Shown: piece by piece, positions 1 to 7,834 of the stretch
Layout of the letters: every line of letters begins with the position of its first letter
How positions within the stretch are numbered: position 1 is the first letter of the stretch
Assembly: GCA_024644045.1 (NCBI GenBank)
Contig: JAHELT010000005.1
Span: 8,149 to 72,148 of the forward strand
Reading direction: 5' to 3'
Source of the DNA: Chromatiales bacterium
GTDB taxonomy: Bacteria; Pseudomonadota; Gammaproteobacteria; JAHELT01
Length of the DNA: 64,000 nucleotides
The notes under the pieces: generated by a model
Told to the model about the DNA's origin: nothing
Databases searched by the model: none
Seen by the model: the letters and a program-made list of their open reading frames with translations, nothing else
Translations under genes and position numbers: made by a program

Positions 1-555
1 GACAACATCTACCGCAAAACGGCCTCAGTGATGAAGCTGGTGGTAGAAGGCTTTGCCGGCGCGGGTACGGTCGAAGTCGGTGGATATGATTATCACACCG
101 GCAACCGCACAGTCGGTGAAGCGCGTGACCGGGAAGCCGGCCGCGCGATCGGGGCAATGCTGGAGTACGCCGCGCTGAAGAACACCCAGTTGATGGTGTA
201 CGTGTTCAGCGATGGCTCGGTGTTCAGCAACGGCAACCTGGACAACAACGCGGGAGGCAAAGGCGTCTGGACGGGTGATCGTTCCACCACCGCCGCCTCG
301 CTGATGCTCGCTTACAGTCCGGTGGCGCGCCCAAACGTCATCATCCCGCAGCTCGGGCATTTCAACCCCGACGGCTTCATCAACCGCACCGCGTTGCCGA
401 TCAGCGACAACGTGTCGCTGCTGGTCGAAGCCGTAGTGTTGAACTACCTGGCGCTGAGCGGCACCCCGGGCATGTTCGAGCAGATCTTCCCGCAGAGCGG
501 TCTGGGTGCGGGTGCTGCGCTGGACGCTCACATAGCGTTTGCGCCCCTGGCATAA
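1..555 (+). CDS. C-terminal fragment of a gene entering from upstream. Product uncertain (Gly-rich; possibly metallo-hydrolase/DUF1501-like)
   Basis: Open frame runs from base 1 (DNIYRKTASVMKLVVEG...) to TAA at 553-555 and is followed by a perfect hairpin. No confident family assignment is possible by eye. Confidence 0.35.
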   Translation, partial: DNIYRKTASVMKLVVEGFAGAGTVEVGGYDYHTGNRTVGEARDREAGRAIGAMLEYAALKNTQLMVYVFSDGSVFSNGNLDNNAGGKGVWTGDRSTTAASLMLAYSPVARPNVIIPQLGHFNPDGFINRTALPISDNVSLLVEAVVLNYLALSGTPGMFEQIFPQSGLGAGAALDAHIAFAPLA

Positions 556-563
556 CGGCAGCG

Positions 564-594
564 CCCCTCACGCGAGTGAGGGGTCAGCGGTATG
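564..594. repeat. REP-like palindromic element CCCCTCAC-GCGA-GTGAGGGG(TC) directly after a stop codon
   Basis: Perfect 8-bp inverted repeat with a 4-nt loop. The 10-mer GTGAGGGGTC recurs at 49092-49101 inside another palindromic intergenic cluster. A second hairpin CCGGAG...CTCCGG lies at 645-667. A RAYT gene is adjacent. Confidence 0.45.
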
Positions 595-743
595 CACACC
601 GCCGTCGAGACCTCACCGGTTTCGGCGGCGGTGCGATTACAAGCCCGGAGAGATTTACCTGCTCCGGATAAGAATTTGGCCCTGGCAGAGAAGCGTCGTG
701 TGCTCAACGTAACGTTGCACCCGGCGTTTCCGGAGGAAACCTG

Positions 744-1436
744 ATGGCACGGATCGCACGTGTTGTTATTCCCGGCTACCCGCATCACGTCACACAACGC
801 GGTAATCGCCGGCAGAAAGTCTTTTTCGATCCGTCGGACTACCGCACCTACCTGGATCTCGTCGCGGAAGGATTCCGGCAGGCTCGCGCCAAGTGCTGGG
901 CGTATTGCCTGATGCCCGATCACGTGCATCTGGTGCTCGTCCCCGAGTCACCCGACGGATTGCGTCGAGCGCTCGCCGAGCCGCACCGGCTCTACACGCG
1001 GGAAGTGAATGCCCGGCAAGGGTGGCGCGGCCACCTCTGGCAGGAACGCTTCCACTCTTTCCCGATGGACGAAACCTACCTGTTGTCCTGCGTACGTTAC
1101 GTGGAACGCAGCCCCGTCAGGGCCGGACTGGTATCACGTCCGCAGGAATGGCAGTGGTCGAGCGCGCGCGCGCGCCTGCTCAGCCTCGATGATCCGCTGG
1201 TCTCGCCGGCGCCAATGCTCGACCGCATAGACGACTGGTCAGCCTACCTCGCGACGGACAGCGAATCGCGCGTGCAGGACGCATTGCAGTGTCACGCGCT
1301 ATCCGGACGGCCACTCGGGTCCGAACGCTTCCTGGACACGGCCGAGCAGGTTACCGGCAGGTTGCTGCGCCCGCAGAAACCGGGCAGGAAACCGCGCACC
1401 AAAAAGACGTCGAGTGAAAGCGTACCGCGCCTGTGA
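744..1436 (+). CDS. REP-associated tyrosine transposase (RAYT; IS200/IS605-like Y1 HUH transposase)
   Basis: 230-aa ORF: MARIARVVIPGYPHHVTQRGNRRQ...MPDHVHLVLVP (HxH HUH motif)...catalytic-Tyr region YVERSPVRAGLV. The stop lies 8 nt from the 3' end of a convergent tRNA-like gene. Confidence 0.85.
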   Translation: MARIARVVIPGYPHHVTQRGNRRQKVFFDPSDYRTYLDLVAEGFRQARAKCWAYCLMPDHVHLVLVPESPDGLRRALAEPHRLYTREVNARQGWRGHLWQERFHSFPMDETYLLSCVRYVERSPVRAGLVSRPQEWQWSSARARLLSLDDPLVSPAPMLDRIDDWSAYLATDSESRVQDALQCHALSGRPLGSERFLDTAEQVTGRLLRPQKPGRKPRTKKTSSESVPRL

Positions 1437-1443
1437 GGCGAGA

Positions 1444-1551
1444 ATGGTAGGCGCGACAGGAGTCGAACCTGCGTTCCCCGTTGCGCCGTAACGGCGTTCT
1501 TTCTCAACCGCCGTCACGGGGTAACGGTGCTCTGCCACTGAGCTACGCGCC
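1444..1551 (-). tRNA. tRNA-like gene with an aberrant, ~33-nt expanded anticodon region (possible pseudo-tRNA or tRNA with insertion)
   Basis: The reverse complement reads AGGCGCG-TA-GCTC-AGTGGCA-GAGC-A-[CCGTT-ACCCCGT-GACGG-CGGTTGAGAAAGAACG-CCGTT-ACGGCGC-AACGG]-GGAAC-GCAGG-TTCGACT-CCTGT-CGCGCCT-A-CCA. It has a perfect 7-bp acceptor stem, a canonical D arm, a T arm with TTCGA loop and an encoded CCA. It carries two anticodon-arm copies (loops ACCCCGT and ACGGCGC, both lacking U33) and is 108 nt long. Confidence 0.5.
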
Positions 1552-1706
1552 TATGTCGTTCTTCGCACCCGGAATGGATTGGGACTCTAGCGTGTTTACC
1601 CTATCCTCTATGCAATGATCGTGCGGAGTTGCCACACCTGAACCGATTCAACGACTTGGCGTAGCCGGCCCGCTGCGATCCGGCGGCGAGGCGTCAAGAA
1701 TCCCGA

Positions 1707-4700
1707 CTATTCCGACAGTATTTCGTTAACCGCTGCCCAGGTCTCGTCAACCCAGCCGGCGACGCCGGCGGCTTCGCGCAGGGCGGCGACCGAAAGACCG
1801 GTCTCTCGCGGCTCGAGCGCCGGGGCCCAGAAGGCAAGCTGCGCGACATAGAAGTCGGTTCCCCCCGAACCGATGAGGACCAGGGCCTCCCCGAAACGCC
1901 CGGCGCGGGCGAGCCCTTCCGCCAGGACGTTGTAGCGCGCACGGCTGCGGCGCGACTCTTCGAGCGCTTCGGCGAACAGCGATTCGGCCCACGGCGCCCC
2001 GGCGGGGAGCAGTTCGGCGGCTAGTATCGCGAACGCATCATGGCCCTTACCTTCGGCGTGAAGTTGCCGCGCGAGCGCCTCGGCAAGGGCGACGAGGTCC
2101 GGCGTGCGCCCGTCGCCGCTCACCGCCGCCGCACCCGCCAGCTCCGAGAGCGCCTGCAGACGCCACAGCGGCACTTCGATGCGCTCGGCGATCTCACGCG
2201 CCTGGTCGTACAGGCCGGCCCGCACCGCCGCCCTGGCGGTGCTCGCCAGCAACCTGGGGCGGGATTTGGGCTCATCCAGCGCATCGGCCGCGGCGGCGGC
2301 CTGCTCAAGGACCTGTTGCGCCGCCGCCGGCGCTGTCTCCGCCTGCCACGCTGCATAGTCCCGCAGCGCCATCACCCTGAGGACGGGGCTCTTGAGGTCC
2401 TCGATCCACCGGGGAATGTCCTCGCCCCGGCCGGCAGCGAGCATTGCCTGAACACTGGTCTCCGGCCGCCCGAGGTCGTACTCGAGGCGGTAGACGATCC
2501 TGCCCGCGAGGCCGAGCGCCGCATCGAGCCGTCCCGCGCTGGCGAAAGCAAGGGCCAGCGCGTGCTGCACCTGCTGCTTCCAGTAGAAAAACAGATCGGG
2601 GTCTTCGATAGCGGCGGTGTCATCGAGCAGTCCCTCGTCGATCCTTCGCATCGCATCGCCGTAGCGCAGCATGGCTTCGCGCTCCGACACCTCGGTAATG
2701 AGTTCAGCGATGCGCTGGGCGCGTCCAGGCTGCCCGGCATCGATGACCGCCTCGATGACCCGCTTCAGTACCTGGGTTCTGCGATTGCCGGGCCGGTGGG
2801 CGCGCGCTGCTTTCAGGGTCTTGTCAAACACCGGCGCCGCGGCGGGGTCTCTCCTGCGGGCGAGGTAGGTGGCCAGGGTGCGCAGCTCACGGACCCGGTG
2901 GCCGGTGGCCGGCACCGCCTCCGCGGCCCGGATGCAACGCTGGAGCACCTCTTCGCGTTCCGGGCGCCCGTCCTCGTCCAGTGTCCTCAGCAGGTCGAAG
3001 AGCACACCCGATTGCGTGCTCTTGTTTTCAATCGTGGTTGTGGTATCCAGCGCATCCTCGAAGGTACGCGCGGCACCGGCATTGTCGCCGCCGGCGTGCA
3101 TTCCCCGGGAGACCCGGTATAGCGTCGCGATTCGATCGGTGATGGAGGCAATCTCGCCCGCGACCTCCAGAGCCTGCTCCGAATCACCCGAGGCGGCGAG
3201 CGCTTCGGCGAAGGCCGGCGCCGCACGCAGCGGGTCCGGCGTGTTGACGAATCGAAAACCGCCGCGTCCCTCCTCGCGCAGCACCGCGTTGTGCGCTTCG
3301 TTCTCTTGCATGAGCTGCTCGGCAACGGCACGGATACCTCTGGCGGCCTCGCGAAAGACCGGAACTGCCGCCGGGTCCGCGCTTTGCGCCATCGCGATCG
3401 CCAGCCCCTCCAGCGCTGCGGCGCGTCGCTCCGGATGCTCGATGTTGCGCGCAGCCGCGCGGGCACTGTCGAAAACCCGTGAGGCGTCGGGAAGACCAAG
3501 CCGGGCCAGCACGCCGGCAAGGTCCCTGAGCGCCTCGGCCTGCGCCATCGGTCTGTCACAGTCGAGGGCAGCGGCCTCGGCGTCCCTGAAACAACGGCCG
3601 CTCTCGGTGTCGCCCGCTTCGCGATGCCGTGTGGCGAGTTCGAGGAGCGCGGCCGAACGGTCCTCGGCATGGAAAAGCGACTGCGCTACCCGCCTCGCTT
3701 CCTCGAAAGCCCCGGCCGCCATGGCGGTCTTTACGAGCCCTCGTCCGGCATGGTGCCAGCTGTAGTCACGCGCGCGATCCAGTTCGGCAGCGGCATCGAG
3801 CGCCCGGTCCAGCAGTACTCTGCGGTGCTGCTTGGACGCGAGTGTGAGCGCGACGGCGACCAGCGCCTGACCGCGTACTCCGGCATCGGGTATCGCGTCG
3901 GCGATCTGTTCTGCGCGCTCGGGAGTCCCGGCCTGCGCCACGCGCGTTGCCAGATCGCACAGCGCTTCACTGCGTATGCGGGCGTGCGGGATCGCCTGGA
4001 TGTGCCGCTCGGCCGTGTCGTGATCGCCGGCTTCCGCTTGTGCTCGTGCAAACGCTGCGAGCGCTGCGGCCTGCTCCTTTGTCTGTGAGTGCTCGCGGTG
4101 GAGGCACGCAAGCTCGAGCGCTCTGTCACCGGAGCCGGCACGCACCAGCGCCTCGGCGGTGATTCCCAGAGCCTCTTCCCGGCGCGACGCATCCTGGATC
4201 GCGCGCGCGATCGATTCCGCCTGCTGCAGCCGGCCGTGGCGCACGTTGCACTGCACCAGGTTCACCTGTGCCGAGGCCCGCGAGTACTCGTTTCTTATGG
4301 CCGGCAGGCTCTCGGCCGCCCGGTCCAGGAGCCCGGCGTCCGCCTGACCCCGTTCCTCGAGGGCGGCGTACACCGCCAGCAGGCTTTCAACACGCGTGCC
4401 CGCGTCCAGGCGCAAGTGTGCATGGGCCTTGGCTTCCGCCGCTCTGTCGATCAGCACCAGGTTGACGAGGTCCTCATCCGTGTAGTCATCGAGCCGCCGC
4501 CCCACGACGACGCGGGCGGCCTGCACCCGCGTCAGGGCAACGAGGTCTTCGGGCCGTTGCTCGATAAGTGCCTGCCACACCAGCGTGACGTCCTCCAGGA
4601 ATCCGGAGTCGTTATAACCGCATTGCACGTAACGCCTGTCGAGCCACGCCTGGTCTATCTGGCCGACCGCCCGATCGAAATCACCGCACGCAAGCAGGTG

Positions 4701-5996
4701 CGCGATCAGGTGGCGAAGGCCGTACTCGTCGGGCGGTGCCTGAGTCTCCAGGGTCCGCTGCGTGTAATGATCGGCGATGCGCCGGTGCATTGCCGCCGCA
4801 TCGATGCGGTAGTCCAGGTTGGACGCGTCGTCGAAAAGAAAGCCGCGAAACGAGTCATGAAAGATCCGGAAGGGCCCGTCCGGGAAAGGACCGGAGAAGT
4901 ACTGTTTGAGCGCGCGCAGGGTGGGGCCGGAATCTCTGCCGCTGATAGCGTTCAGCTGCGCGAGGGTCAACCCGTCGTCCCGAGCAGCGGCTACGAGTCC
5001 CAGGACCGGTTTCAGCGATGCCTCCCAGCGCTCCTCGTCGTCGCCGACCTCGCGGGTCAGGAAGTCGTGGTACAGGCCGGGGAGGTCCGGCGGCAGCGCG
5101 ACCGCATCGAGCACTTCGGGCTGTTCGCTGGGGTGGCGCGCGAGCAGATCCTCAAGGACCAGACGCGCATAAAGAAAGTTACCGTCCGCCGCGTTCGCGA
5201 CGCGCGCCGCGACAGTGTCTCGAAGCGCCTCGTCCAGTTCACGCAGATACTCCCGCGCATACTGCTCCACGTCGCGCCGGTTGTCCGGGGCCTGTTCGAG
5301 GTCCAGCGGCTCGACCTCGCGAAACCAGCGCAGGATCCGCGGATCCGGGCGACTGCTCACCAGCAAGCGTACCTGCGCCGGAAGGTCGGTCAGCTTGGTC
5401 AGCAGACGAACGATAGTGGTGGCACCACTGTGGGTGGCCCCCTCGTCCAGCGAATCCACCAGGATCACCAGGTTACCGCAGCCCTGCCGCTCGCAGCACC
5501 GCTTCAGGGGCTCGACCAGAACGTCGCGGAAGGCCGCTTCGTCGTCGTTCGAGGCGACATGCAGGTGCTCGATATGCACCGCGACGGCCCGGCCGCCGGC
5601 ACCAACCTCACCCACCTTCTGCTCGACACGGATGTTGACGTGCGCCGAGACCGACTCGGCGAGCGACTCGGCAAATCCCTCTACCGAGTTGCTTAGCTGG
5701 TCTGCGACGCTTTCCAGGAAATCGCGCGGCGCAGTGCTCGAGGATTTTGCGACGCAGAAGTGCGATGCCTTGACGTAGCCGCGGATTCTGGCGAGTTGAT
5801 CGCGCGGCAGGCTGTCTGCCGGCGCCGGGCCCGCCCCCGAGAGCCACGCCATGAGCAGGCTTTTGCCCGCGCCGGGTGGACCCGTGAGCAGAAACATCCG
5901 GCGCTCGGAACGCTCGATCCAGTCGAGCAGCGGCGGAAGCAGCCACTCGCGGCCGCGGAAGTGCTGTACGTTCTCCCTGAGGGGCGAAGGGATCAT
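1707..5996 (-). CDS. NACHT/STAND P-loop NTPase with long C-terminal TPR/HEAT-like repeat region (NLR-like; bNACHT/Avs-like architecture without N-terminal effector)
   Basis: 1429 aa. Walker A LLTGPPGAGKSLL sits 37 aa from Met. Walker B is NLVILVDSLDEG (NACHT-type D-x-h-D-E) and sensor-1-like motif is RLLVSSRPD. This is followed by ~1000 aa of Ala/Leu/Arg-rich helical repeats. An in-frame stop 12 codons upstream of the ATG rules out a longer N-terminus. Confidence 0.85.
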   Translation of the reverse strand: MIPSPLRENVQHFRGREWLLPPLLDWIERSERRMFLLTGPPGAGKSLLMAWLSGAGPAPADSLPRDQLARIRGYVKASHFCVAKSSSTAPRDFLESVADQLSNSVEGFAESLAESVSAHVNIRVEQKVGEVGAGGRAVAVHIEHLHVASNDDEAAFRDVLVEPLKRCCERQGCGNLVILVDSLDEGATHSGATTIVRLLTKLTDLPAQVRLLVSSRPDPRILRWFREVEPLDLEQAPDNRRDVEQYAREYLRELDEALRDTVAARVANAADGNFLYARLVLEDLLARHPSEQPEVLDAVALPPDLPGLYHDFLTREVGDDEERWEASLKPVLGLVAAARDDGLTLAQLNAISGRDSGPTLRALKQYFSGPFPDGPFRIFHDSFRGFLFDDASNLDYRIDAAAMHRRIADHYTQRTLETQAPPDEYGLRHLIAHLLACGDFDRAVGQIDQAWLDRRYVQCGYNDSGFLEDVTLVWQALIEQRPEDLVALTRVQAARVVVGRRLDDYTDEDLVNLVLIDRAAEAKAHAHLRLDAGTRVESLLAVYAALEERGQADAGLLDRAAESLPAIRNEYSRASAQVNLVQCNVRHGRLQQAESIARAIQDASRREEALGITAEALVRAGSGDRALELACLHREHSQTKEQAAALAAFARAQAEAGDHDTAERHIQAIPHARIRSEALCDLATRVAQAGTPERAEQIADAIPDAGVRGQALVAVALTLASKQHRRVLLDRALDAAAELDRARDYSWHHAGRGLVKTAMAAGAFEEARRVAQSLFHAEDRSAALLELATRHREAGDTESGRCFRDAEAAALDCDRPMAQAEALRDLAGVLARLGLPDASRVFDSARAAARNIEHPERRAAALEGLAIAMAQSADPAAVPVFREAARGIRAVAEQLMQENEAHNAVLREEGRGGFRFVNTPDPLRAAPAFAEALAASGDSEQALEVAGEIASITDRIATLYRVSRGMHAGGDNAGAARTFEDALDTTTTIENKSTQSGVLFDLLRTLDEDGRPEREEVLQRCIRAAEAVPATGHRVRELRTLATYLARRRDPAAAPVFDKTLKAARAHRPGNRRTQVLKRVIEAVIDAGQPGRAQRIAELITEVSEREAMLRYGDAMRRIDEGLLDDTAAIEDPDLFFYWKQQVQHALALAFASAGRLDAALGLAGRIVYRLEYDLGRPETSVQAMLAAGRGEDIPRWIEDLKSPVLRVMALRDYAAWQAETAPAAAQQVLEQAAAAADALDEPKSRPRLLASTARAAVRAGLYDQAREIAERIEVPLWRLQALSELAGAAAVSGDGRTPDLVALAEALARQLHAEGKGHDAFAILAAELLPAGAPWAESLFAEALEESRRSRARYNVLAEGLARAGRFGEALVLIGSGGTDFYVAQLAFWAPALEPRETGLSVAALREAAGVAGWVDETWAAVNEILSE

Positions 5997-6075
5997 GTCA
6001 GAGCAGACTGACCACTTATGGGTGACTTTGTGTCATCGAACGACGGTATTGCCGACCGCGCCGTACGCAGCAGGA

Positions 6076-6519
6076 CTAGCCGATGGTTTTTCCGTCGAAG
6101 CCCGTGAGGTCCTTCGCCTCGTCCACTTCCTGGGTAACATCGACCTCGCCGCTCTTCAGTGATTCGACCCGGACGCCGGTGACATGCTCCGCGACTTTGA
6201 TTTTCTGGATAACCCTTATCTTCGGCCCCAGGTCGTCGAGCAGGGTTCGCACCTCCGCGGCGAATGCCGGGTCGACTTCGAGGTTCGCTCGGACAATGTC
6301 GGCGACGGCGGATGCATACCGCTTCGGGTGACGCTGAAAAAGTTCCAACCCCGCCTCGGCTTCTCTGTCACCCGTCCAGCGCTTCCTGAGCACGGCCAGG
6401 AGATCGCCTGCCTTACCGGCCGCGGCTTCCCCTGCCTGCTTTGCGAACGCCTCCGCGCCGATGCTGACGAACGGCGCTGCGACACTGACCACGCTGGCTG
6501 CGACGGCGGCAAAATCCAT
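6076..6519 (-). CDS. Hypothetical 147-aa protein, same-strand partner directly upstream of the NACHT NTPase; no recognisable domain
   Basis: The ORF track gives 168 aa. I start it at the internal ATG (MDFAAVAASVVSVAAPFVSIGAEAF...), which has a strong RBS (GAGGAG N7 ATG). N-terminal ~25 aa are hydrophobic, followed by a charged region. The gap to the NTPase start is 80 nt. Confidence 0.6.
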   Translation of the reverse strand: MDFAAVAASVVSVAAPFVSIGAEAFAKQAGEAAAGKAGDLLAVLRKRWTGDREAEAGLELFQRHPKRYASAVADIVRANLEVDPAFAAEVRTLLDDLGPKIRVIQKIKVAEHVTGVRVESLKSGEVDVTQEVDEAKDLTGFDGKTIG

Positions 6520-6681
6520 GGCCTTGCTCCTCAGGTTTCGGGATAGACGCGGGCGCCGTCCGGCCGCTCGCCGGCTGGGCAACTGACCGTCAGTCTACCT
6601 GCTCGGCGAGGCCGGAATCTATAACGCAGCGGGTGTCTGCCCGGCGCCGCCCTCAGGGATCGACTGCAGCGTGCTTCACGT

Positions 6682-7788
6682 TCAGGCGCGTACGCGTGAT
6701 TTCCGGCGGTCGTAGAACGGTATGGCTTCGACACTGGCGGTGCAGCTGAAGTCGTCGCCGACGGCCTCCAGCCTCGTGCCCGGCGTTGCTGCATCCGGGC
6801 GCACGTGGCAGAGCGCGAGCGATTTGTTCATGCGGCGCGACCAGCAGGGGCTGTTCACCACGCCGACGTCCTCGCCCTCCAGCATCAGCTTCTCGCCGCC
6901 CGCGAGCGCATCGCTGTGATCAGCGACGATACCCGCACGCAGGAAGCGCTCCTTGCCCTCGGCGGCAAATAACGCATCCTTGCCGCGGAAATCGCCTTTG
7001 TTGCGCGCGACGGTAAAGCCGAGTCCGGTTTCCCACGGTGTGTGGTCATCGGTCATGTCGTACCCGTAGAACAGGAGTGCGGCTTCGATGCGCACCTTGT
7101 CGAGCGCCGTGAATGAACAGGGCATGACGCCGTGCTGCTCACCATGGCCGAGCAGGTTGTCCCAGATGTCACCAATCACCGCGCTGCCGGCGAGAATCTC
7201 ATAGCCCCGTTCGCCGGAATACCCGGTGCGGGAAATGCGACACGCGTGGCCGAAAATCTCGCTCGCCTGGTGGTGAAAATATTGCAGCGCAGCCAGGTCC
7301 ATCGGCGTGTGCGCATCGAGCAGCGCCAGCGCCTTCGGCCCCTGCACCGCAACGTTGTGCAGGTCGTCATCAAGCTCGAGGTCGACGTTCAGGCCTTCCA
7401 CGGACTCCTGCAACCGCTCCATGCTCCCGCCCGACCCATGGCACAGCAGCCACTCGTTCCCGTCATTGTTGGCGATGATGGCGTCGTCGCTGACGGTGCC
7501 CCGTTCAGTCAGTATCGCGCCGTAGGCCGACTTACCCGGATAGATTATTGTCATGTCGCGGGTGATCACATGATCGACCGCTTTCGCCGCATCGGCCCCA
7601 CGCACGTAGACCTTCTTGAGCGGAGACATATCGAACAGCCCCGCCGCCTCGCGCACCGCATCGTGCTCGTCGTTCGGATCCGAGTTGTATGTCCACGCCG
7701 TGCCCATGCCGTTCCAGTCCTCGAGGCCGGAACCCAGTGCAGTGTGGCGGGATGCCAGTGCGGATACGCGAGATAGCTCGGCGGTCAT
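6682..7788 (-). CDS. Aminomethyltransferase-family (GcvT/DmdA-like) folate-dependent protein
   Basis: Shows GcvT-fold hallmarks (EHDAVREAAGLFDMSPL..., ...GYSGERGYEI...). Start set at MTAEL with RBS AGGAGA N6 ATG. Confidence 0.8.
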   Translation of the reverse strand: MTAELSRVSALASRHTALGSGLEDWNGMGTAWTYNSDPNDEHDAVREAAGLFDMSPLKKVYVRGADAAKAVDHVITRDMTIIYPGKSAYGAILTERGTVSDDAIIANNDGNEWLLCHGSGGSMERLQESVEGLNVDLELDDDLHNVAVQGPKALALLDAHTPMDLAALQYFHHQASEIFGHACRISRTGYSGERGYEILAGSAVIGDIWDNLLGHGEQHGVMPCSFTALDKVRIEAALLFYGYDMTDDHTPWETGLGFTVARNKGDFRGKDALFAAEGKERFLRAGIVADHSDALAGGEKLMLEGEDVGVVNSPCWSRRMNKSLALCHVRPDAATPGTRLEAVGDDFSCTASVEAIPFYDRRKSRVRA

Positions 7789-7834
7789 TTGCATTCTCCT
7801 GTACAAGCAGTGTCTCTGTGAGGGGCCGAGACGG

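Noticed and set aside
2040-5778. Multiple long plus-strand ORFs (360, 298, 535, 187 aa) inside the NACHT gene
   Set aside because: They are low-complexity Arg/Ala/Pro-rich antisense frames with no motifs. The minus-strand NACHT gene explains the region.
6520-6560. Possible direct repeat of the tRNA 3' end (att site) at the far side of the NACHT island
   Set aside because: Only a weak ~9/11 match (GGATAGACGCGG versus GGTAGGCGCGA), so no convincing attL/attR duplication is seen. Island borders remain inferred from context only.
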